Counted from the stretch's first letter, positions 7,909 to 17,841 are shown. The stretch is 59,821 bases of DNA from Actinomycetota bacterium (GCA_034660035.1 JAYEIJ010000079.1:2405-62225); one strand, 5' to 3'. Notes: generated by a model from the sequence alone, not told the origin. A program made the numbers and translations.

Positions 7909-8691
7909 ATGAGTCAACGGATGCAGGCCTACGTCGGGTTGGTCGTTGCTGCGTTCCTCTTCGGAGCCACGTTCGTCGTGGTGAAGGAAGCGGTTGTGGC
8001 GATGCCGCCGCTCGCCTTCGTGGGTTGGCGCTTCCTGCTCGGCGCTGCCGTGCTCTTCCTGTTCGCCCGGCCCCACGGCCGATCGATCTGGATCGATGGC
8101 CTCATGGCCGGCATCTTGCTCTTCATCGGTTTCGCGTCGCAAACGGCAGGGCTCACATCGACAACCGCATCGAACTCCGGCCTGATCACCGGTCTCTACG
8201 TCGTATTCACTCCGCTGCTCGCAGCGGCGGTCCGTAGGAGAGCCCCGGCCGTCTCAACCGTGTTCGGTGCGTTCCTCTCGGTCATCGGTCTCGGTTTCCT
8301 GACGATCACCGCCGGGTTCGGCTTGAACAGCGGTGACATCCTCACGATCGTGTTCGGTCTCGCAAGTTCGTCCCTGTTCGAAGGATTCCCCCTGCCTTCG
8401 CCGTCCGTTCTTCCAGCGCTGATCGGCACCGGTGTCATCGTGGCGGCGGGCGCATTCCTGTTGCAGGTCCGAGCTCAAACGGTGATCGGACCGAGTAGGA
8501 CGGCGATCGTCCTGAGCGCAGAGCCCCTCTTCGCCGCCGCCACCGCGGCGGTGGTTCTAGGCGAACGGCTGACACTTCAGGGGTGGTTCGGTGCGGCGAT
8601 GATCATGATCGGGATGTACGTCGTGCTGGCCTTTTCACCGGCGGAGCACGCCGACCTCGTCGCGGCCGAAGCGCTGAGTGAGGTTCACTGA
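7909..8691 (+). CDS. DMT superfamily (EamA-like) transporter
   Basis: ORF 7849..8691, polytopic. C-terminal EamA-type segment (SAEPLFAAATAAVVLGERLTLQGWFGAAMIMIGMYVV). Start set to ATG 7909; uncertain. Confidence 0.75.
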   Translation: MSQRMQAYVGLVVAAFLFGATFVVVKEAVVAMPPLAFVGWRFLLGAAVLFLFARPHGRSIWIDGLMAGILLFIGFASQTAGLTSTTASNSGLITGLYVVFTPLLAAAVRRRAPAVSTVFGAFLSVIGLGFLTITAGFGLNSGDILTIVFGLASSSLFEGFPLPSPSVLPALIGTGVIVAAGAFLLQVRAQTVIGPSRTAIVLSAEPLFAAATAAVVLGERLTLQGWFGAAMIMIGMYVVLAFSPAEHADLVAAEALSEVH

Positions 8692-9005
8692 CGTCTCTGG
8701 ATACGCCGAATCCACCGGGCGCAGATCGAGATGGCGGCGAGGAGAACGAACAACACGAGAAACAGCAACACGAGAAACTCCGGGCCCGCGAAGTACGACG
8801 TCGAGCATGTTCCCAGGCCACCAGGGCAAAGGCCCCAACCCGATCCTCCGCCGGCGAGGTCGGCGAGAACCACCATCGGTACCAACGCCGTGGCAACGGC
8901 AGCAGCCACGAACACACCGAGCAGCATTCGGAGAACGATCAACACGGCACGGAGGCTACCCCGGATCAGCGGTTGCCCCGCTTCCCGACACGCTGCTACG
9001 GTCAA
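8685..9005 (-). CDS. hypothetical small membrane protein (two predicted TM helices)
   Basis: 106-aa ORF with two hydrophobic stretches and a basic C-terminus. GC3 looks coding-like. TTG start, no recognisable family, so only tentatively a gene. Confidence 0.4.
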   Translation of the reverse strand: MTVAACREAGQPLIRGSLRAVLIVLRMLLGVFVAAAVATALVPMVVLADLAGGGSGWGLCPGGLGTCSTSYFAGPEFLVLLFLVLFVLLAAISICARWIRRIQRRQ

Positions 9006-10679
9006 ATGCCACTCATGTCATTCCCAACGAACCCCACTCCAAGTCCTGTTCCCTCCGGGTACCACGTTGAGTCGTTCACCCAAGAAGAGCGGATCCTGCT
9101 GAGCCGCTTCTTCACCAACGTCGATGGACCGGTGTTCGGAATCGTCAACCTTCCCGAGGTCGTGAAGGGAGCGCTCTTCGCTCGATACAGCCGGTCACCG
9201 AACTCGGTCCGCCGTCTCTTCCTCGACGAGTTCGTCTCCCAACCCGAACTGGGCGTCCATGCCATCGCCGGAACCCTCGACGAGACCGACCCGGCCGTCG
9301 GCCTCGCTAAGGCCCGGGGCCTCTATGACCGGGTGTTCACGCAGTTCGGTGACGACTCCGTCGCGCAGCTCGGCGGCGCCCACATCGCATGCGAGCAGGC
9401 GTCCAACGTTCTCACGAAGGTCCTCGAGTGGGGCCGTCTTGCTTCGTATCTCGAGCAGTCCACCCGGTACATCTTCTACGACCGGAAACTCGGCGGCCGT
9501 TACCGCTACCACGTACCCGAAGAGCTCATCGGCTCAGCCCTCGAGACCGACTTCCGCTCGACGATGGACGGCCTCTTCGATTCCTACTCGTCCTTGATCG
9601 GTCGTGCCGTCCCCTACTACGAGACTCTCTTCCCGAAGCAGGACACCGATTCGATGGGCGTATGGCGTTCAACGATCCGCGCCAAGGCCTGTGACGACCT
9701 GAGGGGCATGCTCCCGGCTGCGACTACGTCCAACGTCGGCATCTTCGGAAGCGGCCAGGCTTACGAGATGCTCTTGATGCGGATGAGGGCGCACCCGCTT
9801 GCGGAGATCCGTAACTACTCCGATCTGATGCTCACAGAGCTGCGCTCGATGATCCCCTCGTTCCTCACGCGGGTCGACGTCCCCGATCGCGGCGGCGCGT
9901 GGAGCGACTATCTGGCGTCGGTCGCAGCAGACCTCGAGGAACGGGCGGATGCTCTCGATCTCACACCGGAGGATCGACCGCAGGTGAAGCTCGTCGAGTG
10001 GGATCCCGACGGCGAGACGAAGGTCGCGGCGGCGGCGCTCTACGCGGTCAGCGATCTCCCGGACGACCAACTCCTCGCGCACGTGCGATCCCTCCCAGCC
10101 GAGGATCGAGCGGATCTCATCACGGCGGCAGTTGGGACACGCGGGAACCGGCGCCACAAGCCGGGCCGCGCCATGGAGCGGACTTCTTACCGATTCGACG
10201 TTCTGTCCGACTACGGCATCTTCCGCGATCTACAGCGCCACCGGATGCTCACGATCGAGTGGCAGCGCCTCTCCACAGACCACGGGTACATCACGCCCGA
10301 CGCCCTCGCCGACTTCGGAGCAACGACGGCATGGGACGAAGCGATGGAGCGAACGGCACAACTTGCCACGCGGATCGCCGCGGCTCACGGCCCGACGGTC
10401 GCTCAGTACGCGGTTCCGTTCGCCTACCGGGTTCGCTACTACATCCAGATGAACGCCCGAGAGGCGTTCCACCTGCTGGAGTTACGGAGCCAGGCGTCGG
10501 GCCACCCCGGGTATCGCAAGGTAGCCCAGGAGATGCACCGGCTCATTCGCGACAAGGCCGGCCATCGAATCATCGCCGACGCGATGCAGTACGTAGACCA
10601 CAACGACTACGACCTGGCAAGACTCGAAGAAGAGAGAAGACTGGCCGCAAGGAGAGCGGCGCTGGGATTGAAGCCCTGA
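9006..10679 (+). CDS. ThyX-like (flavin-dependent thymidylate synthase fold) protein, long two-module form
   Basis: ORF 8973..10679. N-terminal module has GDDSVAQL...WGRLASYLEQSTRY (compare ThyX RHRxxSxxxxSxRY). C-terminal module has LQRHRMLTIEWQR and NAREAFHLLELRSQASGHPGYRKVAQEM (compare ThyX NxRxxxHFxxLR...EIR). Start uncertain (TTG 8973, ATG 9006 or 9015). Confidence 0.6.
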   Translation: MPLMSFPTNPTPSPVPSGYHVESFTQEERILLSRFFTNVDGPVFGIVNLPEVVKGALFARYSRSPNSVRRLFLDEFVSQPELGVHAIAGTLDETDPAVGLAKARGLYDRVFTQFGDDSVAQLGGAHIACEQASNVLTKVLEWGRLASYLEQSTRYIFYDRKLGGRYRYHVPEELIGSALETDFRSTMDGLFDSYSSLIGRAVPYYETLFPKQDTDSMGVWRSTIRAKACDDLRGMLPAATTSNVGIFGSGQAYEMLLMRMRAHPLAEIRNYSDLMLTELRSMIPSFLTRVDVPDRGGAWSDYLASVAADLEERADALDLTPEDRPQVKLVEWDPDGETKVAAAALYAVSDLPDDQLLAHVRSLPAEDRADLITAAVGTRGNRRHKPGRAMERTSYRFDVLSDYGIFRDLQRHRMLTIEWQRLSTDHGYITPDALADFGATTAWDEAMERTAQLATRIAAAHGPTVAQYAVPFAYRVRYYIQMNAREAFHLLELRSQASGHPGYRKVAQEMHRLIRDKAGHRIIADAMQYVDHNDYDLARLEEERRLAARRAALGLKP

Positions 10680-10768
10680 GCTTTGAGCCTTGAGCAAGAT
10701 CGGGTCCATAGCTCATGGCTGGTAGCTGGCAGCTCCCGTCTTTCTACCGTCTACTTTCTACTTTCTAC
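10676..10768. repeat. three adjacent heptamer arrays: 3 x YTGAGCN, 2.5 x GCTGGYA, 4 x TTTCTAC/CGTCTAC
   Basis: 10676-10696, 10718-10734 and 10741-10768. The first unit contains the TGA stop of the ThyX-like gene. The last unit contains the TAG stop (rc) of the minus-strand gene 10765..10977. Confidence 0.9.
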
Positions 10769-10977
10769 TCCTTCAACGAGATCCTCAGAACCAGGGCGTC
10801 GTCTTCTACCGCCCATTCCGCGCGGCCTACCAGCGAGTAGTCCATGTAGTCGTTCTCCGCGCTCTCGATCCAGACGCGGCGAGCATCACCCTCAAGCGGT
10901 GGGATCCCCCGCTCCTTCACGGCATGCGCCCGGTCTCGAAATCGGGCAAGGAACTCATCGACGTTCAACTGGGCCAT
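10765..10977 (-). CDS. hypothetical 70-aa protein divergent from the ArsA-like ATPase pair
   Basis: Terminal part of ORF 10765..11940 starting at ATG 10977 (MAQLNVDEFLARFRDRAHAV...). The rest of that ORF is antisense to the ATPase gene. No family recognised. Confidence 0.5.
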   Translation of the reverse strand: MAQLNVDEFLARFRDRAHAVKERGIPPLEGDARRVWIESAENDYMDYSLVGRAEWAVEDDALVLRISLKE

Positions 10978-11064
10978 CGGATCTCCTGTTCGTCTAGACC
11001 GAAGCGTACCCGACCGTCCGCCTCCGGTGAAGGTCCGACCTGACGCCCCGGCTACCCTGACTGC

Positions 11065-11925
11065 ATGCTCGATCGACGACTTCTCATCGTCTCCGGCAAG
11101 GGTGGTGTCGGAAAGTCCGCGGTCGCGGCAGCCCTTGCCAGCCTGGCCGCTCGTCGCGGGAAACGCGTCCTCGTTCTCGCGATGATCCAGCCCAGCGGAC
11201 TCGCCGCCCACCTCGGCGTCGACTCCCTCCACTACGAGCCGACTCGCATCCACCCCGGGCTGTACGGCGCGGTTGTTGATCGCTCCCATGCCCTCGAGGA
11301 GTACCTCGGACTCCAACTCCACGTGCCCCGTTCTCTCCCAATGAGACAGCTCTCCGGCGCCCTCAGTGTGCTGGCCGACACGGCCCCCGGGATCCGGGAG
11401 ATCGTCACGATGGGAAAGCCGATCTTCGAGGTCCAGAGCGGGAAGTGGGATCTCGTCATCGCCGACGCTCCCCCGCTCGGCCAACTTCAGTCTTACCTTG
11501 CAGCACCTCAGACCATCACCGGACTCGTCCCGACCGGCGCCGTACGTGAACAAGCCTCCCGGCTCGAATCCACGCTCTCGGATCCTGCTGTCAGCGGATT
11601 GCTCCTCGTAACGACCCCCGAGGAACTCGCCGTTCACGAGACGAGAGAGGCAATCGCCCACATCGATGGCCAGAGGCAGATCCTTATCGTCGGTGTGGTC
11701 GCCAATCGTGTGCTCGAACCGCTCGGAGTCACAGCGGACGCGATCGCGGCCGTGCCGGACGGTCCAGCGCGGGACGCCGGTCTGCTCCACACCGGATTGG
11801 TCGAGTCCCAGACCGTTTGGCTCAACTCGATTCCCGAGGATCCTCGACTCCCGTTCCTCTTCGGATTCCACACCCCCGCCGAAGTGTCTTCCCGACTTTC
11901 CGAGATCTGTGAGTCGTTCGCATGA
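11065..11925 (+). CDS. ArsA/Get3-family ATPase (first of pair)
   Basis: Deviant Walker A SGKGGVGKSAVAAALA at the N-terminus. 4-nt overlap with the next paralogue. Confidence 0.8.
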   Translation: MLDRRLLIVSGKGGVGKSAVAAALASLAARRGKRVLVLAMIQPSGLAAHLGVDSLHYEPTRIHPGLYGAVVDRSHALEEYLGLQLHVPRSLPMRQLSGALSVLADTAPGIREIVTMGKPIFEVQSGKWDLVIADAPPLGQLQSYLAAPQTITGLVPTGAVREQASRLESTLSDPAVSGLLLVTTPEELAVHETREAIAHIDGQRQILIVGVVANRVLEPLGVTADAIAAVPDGPARDAGLLHTGLVESQTVWLNSIPEDPRLPFLFGFHTPAEVSSRLSEICESFA

Positions 11926-12983
11926 CACGGGAAACCACAACCGTGATCGTCACCGGAGCCGGTGGTGTCGGCAAGACGACGATCTCGGCCGCCATCGCCA
12001 CGCGTCTGGCAGGATCCGACCGGCGCACCGTCGTCATGACCGTGGATCCTGCGCGTCGTCTCGCCGACGCACTCGATCTGCACTCCCTGTCGAACGAGCC
12101 GACCCCGGTGCCCGGCGTCACCGGACTCTGGGCCTCGACGCTCGACGCGACCGCATCCTGGGAAGGAGTCGTCCACCGCTACAGCGATCCCGACGTCGGC
12201 GAGCGGCTTCTCAAGAACCACTACTTCCGCGCCATCGCCGATCGCTTCCCCGCCGCCCAGTCTTTCGCTGCCGCCGAGACGATGTCGATGATGATCGAGT
12301 CGGGCAACTGGGATGCGATCATCGTGGACACACCCCCCTCGGCCGGCGGCCTCGATTTCTTCCTCGCTCCATCCCAGACGGCGGAACTCATCGGTGGCAA
12401 ACTCCTCCGGTGGCTCACCGGATCGCAACTCCCGGGCCGACGCTTCCTCTACCGGTTCACGGGTCGCCCCATCCTCAAGATCGCGGATGCGATCCTCGGC
12501 GGGCCCCTCCTCGAGGACGTCGCCGAGTTCCTGCTCGACCTCCGGAGCATGTACGACCGCCTCGCAGCGCGCGCCGCCACCATCAATCGTCACCAACAGC
12601 GCTCTACCACGCTCGTTGTGACAACGGCCGACCCGGCCCCGGTAGCCGAGGTGCTTCGGTTCTTCGAGGAACTGACGGAGGTCTCCATCGAACCCGCCGC
12701 CGTGATCTTGAATCGTGCGTTGCCGCTCGAATGGACGGCCGCCGCCCGTCAACCGATTCGCGGGATCCCGGATGCCGACCTCCGGGCCATCCTCAAGGCG
12801 AACCTGGTCAGATGGGGCGGTGAAGCGCATCGGCAGACGACGTCCATGGAGGGCATCGCCGATCGGTACGGAGTGCCGCTCATCACCGTGCCGTGGGTCG
12901 CAGACTCTCCCACGACCGTGGATGCTCTCGGCCGGCTTCTCGATGGCGTTGAAGGCCTGGACGCGCTGGCAGCACACAGCTGA
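11922..12983 (+). CDS. ArsA/Get3-family ATPase (second of pair)
   Basis: TGAGGVGKTTISAAIA P-loop followed by TVDPARRLADAL, typical of the ArsA family. The pairing resembles the mycobacterial Rv3679/Rv3680-type two-ATPase arrangement (from memory of that family). Confidence 0.8.
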   Translation: MTRETTTVIVTGAGGVGKTTISAAIATRLAGSDRRTVVMTVDPARRLADALDLHSLSNEPTPVPGVTGLWASTLDATASWEGVVHRYSDPDVGERLLKNHYFRAIADRFPAAQSFAAAETMSMMIESGNWDAIIVDTPPSAGGLDFFLAPSQTAELIGGKLLRWLTGSQLPGRRFLYRFTGRPILKIADAILGGPLLEDVAEFLLDLRSMYDRLAARAATINRHQQRSTTLVVTTADPAPVAEVLRFFEELTEVSIEPAAVILNRALPLEWTAAARQPIRGIPDADLRAILKANLVRWGGEAHRQTTSMEGIADRYGVPLITVPWVADSPTTVDALGRLLDGVEGLDALAAHS

Positions 12984-13037
12984 CAGCAGACAGCGAAGAC
13001 ACATACGGCATTTCCGGCTGTTCGCTGTCGGCTTGCT
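12975..13037. repeat. inverted ACAGC-type heptamer arrays (3 + 3 units) forming a hairpin between convergent genes
   Basis: Left arm cacagct gacagca gacagcg (12975-12995). Right arm gctgttc gctgtcg gcttgct (13017-13037). gacagcgaa (12989-12997) is exactly complementary to ttcgctgtc (13021-13029). The arsA2 TGA stop (12981-12983) lies inside the left array. A possible bidirectional terminator. Confidence 0.85.
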
Positions 13038-13038
13038 C

Positions 13039-16000
13039 TCACATCACCACGGAGGGACCGAGCAGCTCCCTCAACTCGGCGAAGAGTGCTGAACGCGGCT
13101 CGACCCTGTGCTCCGCGCCCAGTTCGATGACCCGCTCACCACCGTCGGAAGTCATATGCAGGAACACGCCTGCGTTCCCGGGGTGATTCGCGAGCACAGC
13201 ACGCAACTGCTCTACCGCTGAACGCGACATCCGGGTCGCCGGCACGCGAAGCCGGACCGTCGCTTCGGCTTCGAGACGCGGTTCGCGAACCTGCTGCGCG
13301 ATCAACTTGACGTCATCACCTCGATGATCGACACGACCCGTGATCACGAGCACGGCGTCCTCTCGAATCATCGGTCCGAACTCAGCGACGGTGCGAGGGA
13401 AGCACACAACCTCGACCGATCCCTGCAGGTCTTCGAAGTTGAAGAAGTACATGGGATCTCCGGCCTTCGTGTACCGGGTGGTGATCGACCCGACGACGCC
13501 GCCGATCGTGGCCGTCGTCTTGTCCTCCATCTCCCACATGCCGGGCATCGACGTCGAGCACATCGCTTCGAGCGCCTGTTCGACACCCAGGAGCGGGTGG
13601 TCGGAGACGTAGAGACCCAGCATCTCCTTCTCGAAACCGAGTTTCACCTTCTTCCCCCATTCGATGTCGGGAATCGCGAGGCCCTCCGATTCCGCTCCAT
13701 CGTCCCCGCCTCCGAACAGGCTGTACTGCCCCATGTCTTCAGCGCGACGGCGTGCGATCGTTGCGTCGAGTGTGTCGTGGGCAACCTCGAAGAGACCGCG
13801 CCGGGCGTGGCCCAGCGAATCGAATGCGCCCCCCTTGATGAGCGATTCGACCGTCCGCTTGTTCAGGGCACTCACGTCGACCCGATCGACGAAGTCGCCG
13901 AAGTCCTCGAACAGACCCCCGGTGTCCCGCTCCTCGACGATCTGGGCGACGACCGCTTCCCCGACGTTCCGGATCGCGGACAGACCGAACGAGATCGATC
14001 CGTCCCCGCCGACGAAATCCGACTCCGAGACGTTGACGTCGGGAACGTGCACCGGGATGCCCATGATCCGGCACTCATGGAGGTAGATCGCGGTCTTGTC
14101 CTTGTCGCGCTTGACGGCCGTCAGGAGAGCCGCCATGTACTCCGCCGTGTAGTGGACCTTCAGCCAGGCTGTCTGGTAGGCGACGAGAGCGTATGCCGCC
14201 GAGTGCGACTTGTTGAAACCGTAGCCGGCGAAGTGCTCGATGAACCCGAAGAGCTCCCTTCCCAGTTCTTCAGAATGACCACCCGCGACACATCCGGCGA
14301 CGAACTTCTCCTCCTGCTCCTTCATCACCGATGGGATCTTCTTCCCCATCGCCTTGCGAAGCATGTCCGCCTCGGCCATGGAGAAGCCGGCCATCATCTC
14401 GGCGGTCTGCATGACCTGCTCCTGGAACACCATGACCCCGAAGCTGTCCGACAGCACGTTCTCGAGATCCGGGTGGAGATACTCGATCGGCTTCTTGCCG
14501 TTCTTCCGATCGGCGTACTCGAGATGCATCCCTGCACCGAGCGGTCCCGGCCGATACAAGGCATTCAGGGCGACGAGATGGTCGAACACCTCCGGCTTGA
14601 GGTTCCGCATCAGCGCCCGCATGGGGCCCCCCTCGAACTGGAACACGCCCATCGAGTCGCCGCGCTGGAACATCTCGAACACGAGTGGATCGTCGAGGGG
14701 TACGGCGTCGATGTCCGGCCGCGAACCGGTGTTTCGCTCGATCAACTCGAGCGCCCGCTCGATCGTCGTCAGGTTGCGAAGACCGAGGAAATCCATCTTG
14801 AGGAGACCCAGATCATTGATGGCGTGCATTTCGTACTGTGTGACGATCTCGGCGTCCGCGCCCTTCCGCTGAACGGGAACGACGTCGGTCAATGGCACCG
14901 GCGAGATAACGACGGCGGCGGCGTGGATCGAATCCTGTCTCCGCAGCCCTTCCAGGCCACGCGCCGTCTCGATCACTTCTCGCGTGATCGCATCAGAGTC
15001 GTAGAGTTCACGAAGACCTGCCGCGGCCGTGAAGTGGTCCCGCTCTGCCTGGTCCCCCTCCCGTCCCGGATCCTCGAGACACTGCCCGAGCGTCGCATCC
15101 TTGCCGAGGATCGAGGGCGGCATCAGCTTCGCTGCGCGATCACCGACGCCGTAGGGGTGGCCGAGCACCCTGGCGGCGTCGCGGATCGCCTGTTTGCCCT
15201 TGATCGTCGAGAAGGTGATGACCTGGGCGACGTGATCAGAGCCGTACCGCTCGGCGCAGTACTGGATCATCTCACCGCGATATCGCTCATCGAAATCCAT
15301 GTCGATGTCCGGCATCTCACGCCGGCCCGGATTGAGGAAACGCTCGAAGATCAGCCCGTATGCGATCGGATCGAGACCGGTGATCTCCAGGCAGTACGCA
15401 ACGATCGATCCTGCCGCGCTTCCGCGTCCCGGACCCGTCCGGATGCCGCGCTCTTTCGCATGGCGGATCAGATCCCACACGATCAAGAAGTACGCAGAGA
15501 AACCCATCTCATGGATGACCCGCAACTCGTAGTCGATCCGCTCGGCGATCTCCTCGTCCAGTTCCCCGTACCGCCGTCGCGCTCCCTCCATCACGAGGTC
15601 GCGCAGGTAGCTCGTCTCAGTCGTGCCGTCGGGTACCGGGAACTGCGGGAGCAGGATCTTGTCGAACTCGATCTTGACGTCAACGCGATCGGCGATCAGG
15701 AGGCTGTTGTCCGTTGCTCCCGGATACCGGTCGCTCGGGAACCGCTCGCGCATCTCTCTCGCGGTCTTGATGTAGAACTCCTGCGAGCCGAATCGGAATC
15801 TCTCCTCATCGCTCTTGTTCGCACCCGTCTGGATACAGAGCAGCACGTCATGGGTCTCAGCCTCGTAGGCGTACGTGTAGTGGCTGTCGTTGGAGGCGAG
15901 AAGTGGGGCCCCGATGTCGGTGGCGATCTGCAGCAGATCATCCATGATCCGTTGCTGCCCGGCGATCCCATGGTCCTGCACTTCGATGAACCAGTTGTCC

Positions 16001-16545
16001 TTGCCGAAGATGTCCTGGTACATCGCAGCGGCTTTCACCGCTGCGTCGTAGTCGCGAACCTGTCCGATGTTGCCTTCCTCGCCCGTTCCATCCGGTGCGA
16101 GCAGTTGCGGGACGTGGCCACCGAGGCATCCCGACGCCGCGATGATCCCCTCGCTGTACTCGGCGAGCAGTTCACGATCCATGCGAGGCTTGTAGTAGAA
16201 GCCCTCGAGATAGGCCTTCGATGCGAGCTTCATGAGGTTGCGGTATCCGACCTCGTTCTCCGCCAACAGCGTCAAGTGATAGCGCTTGTCCTCGCGACGG
16301 GGCAGCCGGTCGAAACGCGAACCGGGCGTCATGTAGGCCTCGATGCCGAGCACCGGCTTGATCCCGATGTCTGTTGCCGCTTTGTAGAAGTCGATGACCC
16401 CGTAGAGCACACCGTGGTCGGTGATAGCGATCGCCGGCTGACCGTCTGCGGCCGCCGCACGAACCATGTCCTTCACGCGCGCTGCACCGTCGAGCATCGA
16501 GAACTCGGAGTGAACGTGAAGATGGGCGAAACCGTCGCGCGGCAA
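13039..16545 (-). CDS. dnaE: DNA polymerase III alpha subunit
   Basis: 1168-aa ORF. PHP domain HLHVHSEFSMLDG and polymerase core and OB-fold regions colinear with DnaE. TTG start preceded by GAGGAG. Confidence 0.95.
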   Translation of the reverse strand: MPRDGFAHLHVHSEFSMLDGAARVKDMVRAAAADGQPAIAITDHGVLYGVIDFYKAATDIGIKPVLGIEAYMTPGSRFDRLPRREDKRYHLTLLAENEVGYRNLMKLASKAYLEGFYYKPRMDRELLAEYSEGIIAASGCLGGHVPQLLAPDGTGEEGNIGQVRDYDAAVKAAAMYQDIFGKDNWFIEVQDHGIAGQQRIMDDLLQIATDIGAPLLASNDSHYTYAYEAETHDVLLCIQTGANKSDEERFRFGSQEFYIKTAREMRERFPSDRYPGATDNSLLIADRVDVKIEFDKILLPQFPVPDGTTETSYLRDLVMEGARRRYGELDEEIAERIDYELRVIHEMGFSAYFLIVWDLIRHAKERGIRTGPGRGSAAGSIVAYCLEITGLDPIAYGLIFERFLNPGRREMPDIDMDFDERYRGEMIQYCAERYGSDHVAQVITFSTIKGKQAIRDAARVLGHPYGVGDRAAKLMPPSILGKDATLGQCLEDPGREGDQAERDHFTAAAGLRELYDSDAITREVIETARGLEGLRRQDSIHAAAVVISPVPLTDVVPVQRKGADAEIVTQYEMHAINDLGLLKMDFLGLRNLTTIERALELIERNTGSRPDIDAVPLDDPLVFEMFQRGDSMGVFQFEGGPMRALMRNLKPEVFDHLVALNALYRPGPLGAGMHLEYADRKNGKKPIEYLHPDLENVLSDSFGVMVFQEQVMQTAEMMAGFSMAEADMLRKAMGKKIPSVMKEQEEKFVAGCVAGGHSEELGRELFGFIEHFAGYGFNKSHSAAYALVAYQTAWLKVHYTAEYMAALLTAVKRDKDKTAIYLHECRIMGIPVHVPDVNVSESDFVGGDGSISFGLSAIRNVGEAVVAQIVEERDTGGLFEDFGDFVDRVDVSALNKRTVESLIKGGAFDSLGHARRGLFEVAHDTLDATIARRRAEDMGQYSLFGGGDDGAESEGLAIPDIEWGKKVKLGFEKEMLGLYVSDHPLLGVEQALEAMCSTSMPGMWEMEDKTTATIGGVVGSITTRYTKAGDPMYFFNFEDLQGSVEVVCFPRTVAEFGPMIREDAVLVITGRVDHRGDDVKLIAQQVREPRLEAEATVRLRVPATRMSRSAVEQLRAVLANHPGNAGVFLHMTSDGGERVIELGAEHRVEPRSALFAELRELLGPSVVM

Positions 16546-16669
16546 CGGGACTCCTCGGTGGACGAACTACAGCTATGTAAGCACGACCCGCGATGCCATG
16601 CGATACCGGACCGCGGTGCTCCTCAACCCTGCCTATCCTCGATGAACACCCCGACTTTCAAGGAGCATC

Positions 16670-17818
16670 GTGCGCATTGGAATCCTCACCGGCGGCGGAG
16701 ACGTTCCCGGTCTCAACCCGTCGATCAAGTCCGTCGTCACGCGGGTAGCCAACGGTGGTCACGAGGTCATCGGCATCCGACACGGCTGGGGCGGTCTCCT
16801 CAATGCCGAACTCGCCGACCCGGCCTCCATGGCGGAGAACTTCATCGATCTCAACCCGGGCAACGTCCGAACCGTCGATCGCACCGGTGGGACGTTCCTC
16901 CACACCAGTCGCACCAACCCGGCAAAGGTCAGTCGCCAGGAGTACCCCTCGTTCCTCGGGGATCCCCCGGAAGGGGATGGACCGTTCGACGCAACGGATC
17001 ACGTGCTGCGCGTCATCGAAGCGATGAAGATCGACGTGCTCATCCCGATCGGCGGCGATGACACGCTCTCCTACGGACTGCGCATGCACGAAGAAGGCGT
17101 TCCGGTGATCGCTATTCCGAAGACGATGGACAACGACGTCCACGGCACCGACTACTGCATCGGTTTCTCGACCGCGGTCACGCGGGGGGTCGAGTTCATC
17201 CACAACCTCCGCACCAGCACGGGGAGCCACGAGCGGATCGCCGTGGTCGAACTCTTCGGACGCTACTCGGGCGAGACCTCGCTGGTCACCGCGTACCTCG
17301 CAGGAGTCGACCGTGCGCTGATCCCCGAAGTCCCGTTCGACATCGACCGGCTCTCAGAACTCATCATGAAGGACAAAACCGACAATCCGTCGAACTACGC
17401 GATGGTCACGATCTCGGAGGGCGCGACGATCAAGGGTGGAGAGATGGCGCTATCGGGCGAGTCGGATGCCTACGGTCATCGCAAACTCGGCGGGATCGGG
17501 CAGTTCACCGGGGATCTGCTGGCGGAACGCACCGGCCAGGGGATCATCAACCAGACCGTGGGGTATCTGATGCGGTCGGGCCGTCCCGACTCTCTCGACC
17601 TCATGGTGGCCCGCAACTACGCCGTCATGGCGGCCGACCTGGCTCTCGAAGGTGCGTCCGGACGCATGATCTCGCTCCGTGGAGGCACGTACACGCACGT
17701 GCCGATCTCGGTCACCGGCGAGGGTGTGAAGCGCGTCGACGTCACTGAGTTGTACGACTCGATCAACTACCGGCCGAAGGTACGCCACGTCGCCGGTAAG
17801 CCGATGTTCCTCTACTAG
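16670..17818 (+). CDS. pfp: 6-phosphofructokinase, PPi-type signature
   Basis: [20 protein letters not shown] and PKTMDND motifs (Asp and Lys at the positions that distinguish PPi-dependent enzymes). GTG start after AAGGAG. Confidence 0.8.
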   Translation: MRIGILTGGGDVPGLNPSIKSVVTRVANGGHEVIGIRHGWGGLLNAELADPASMAENFIDLNPGNVRTVDRTGGTFLHTSRTNPAKVSRQEYPSFLGDPPEGDGPFDATDHVLRVIEAMKIDVLIPIGGDDTLSYGLRMHEEGVPVIAIPKTMDNDVHGTDYCIGFSTAVTRGVEFIHNLRTSTGSHERIAVVELFGRYSGETSLVTAYLAGVDRALIPEVPFDIDRLSELIMKDKTDNPSNYAMVTISEGATIKGGEMALSGESDAYGHRKLGGIGQFTGDLLAERTGQGIINQTVGYLMRSGRPDSLDLMVARNYAVMAADLALEGASGRMISLRGGTYTHVPISVTGEGVKRVDVTELYDSINYRPKVRHVAGKPMFLY

Positions 17819-17841
17819 GACCGCGCCAGGGAGATCAGCGA

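Noticed and set aside
8746-8776. 15-nt direct repeat (aacaacacgagaaac / agcaacacgagaaac)
   Set aside because: It is in frame (15 nt) and lies inside the putative membrane ORF, where it encodes a duplicated FLVLL hydrophobic segment. It is not part of the 7- and 8-nt intergenic families.
13324-17061. 1245-aa plus-strand ORF covering the dnaE region
   Set aside because: It is antisense to a clearly homologous dnaE. The Arg/Asp/His/Val-rich low-complexity translation is typical of shadow ORFs in high-GC DNA, and no motif is recognisable.
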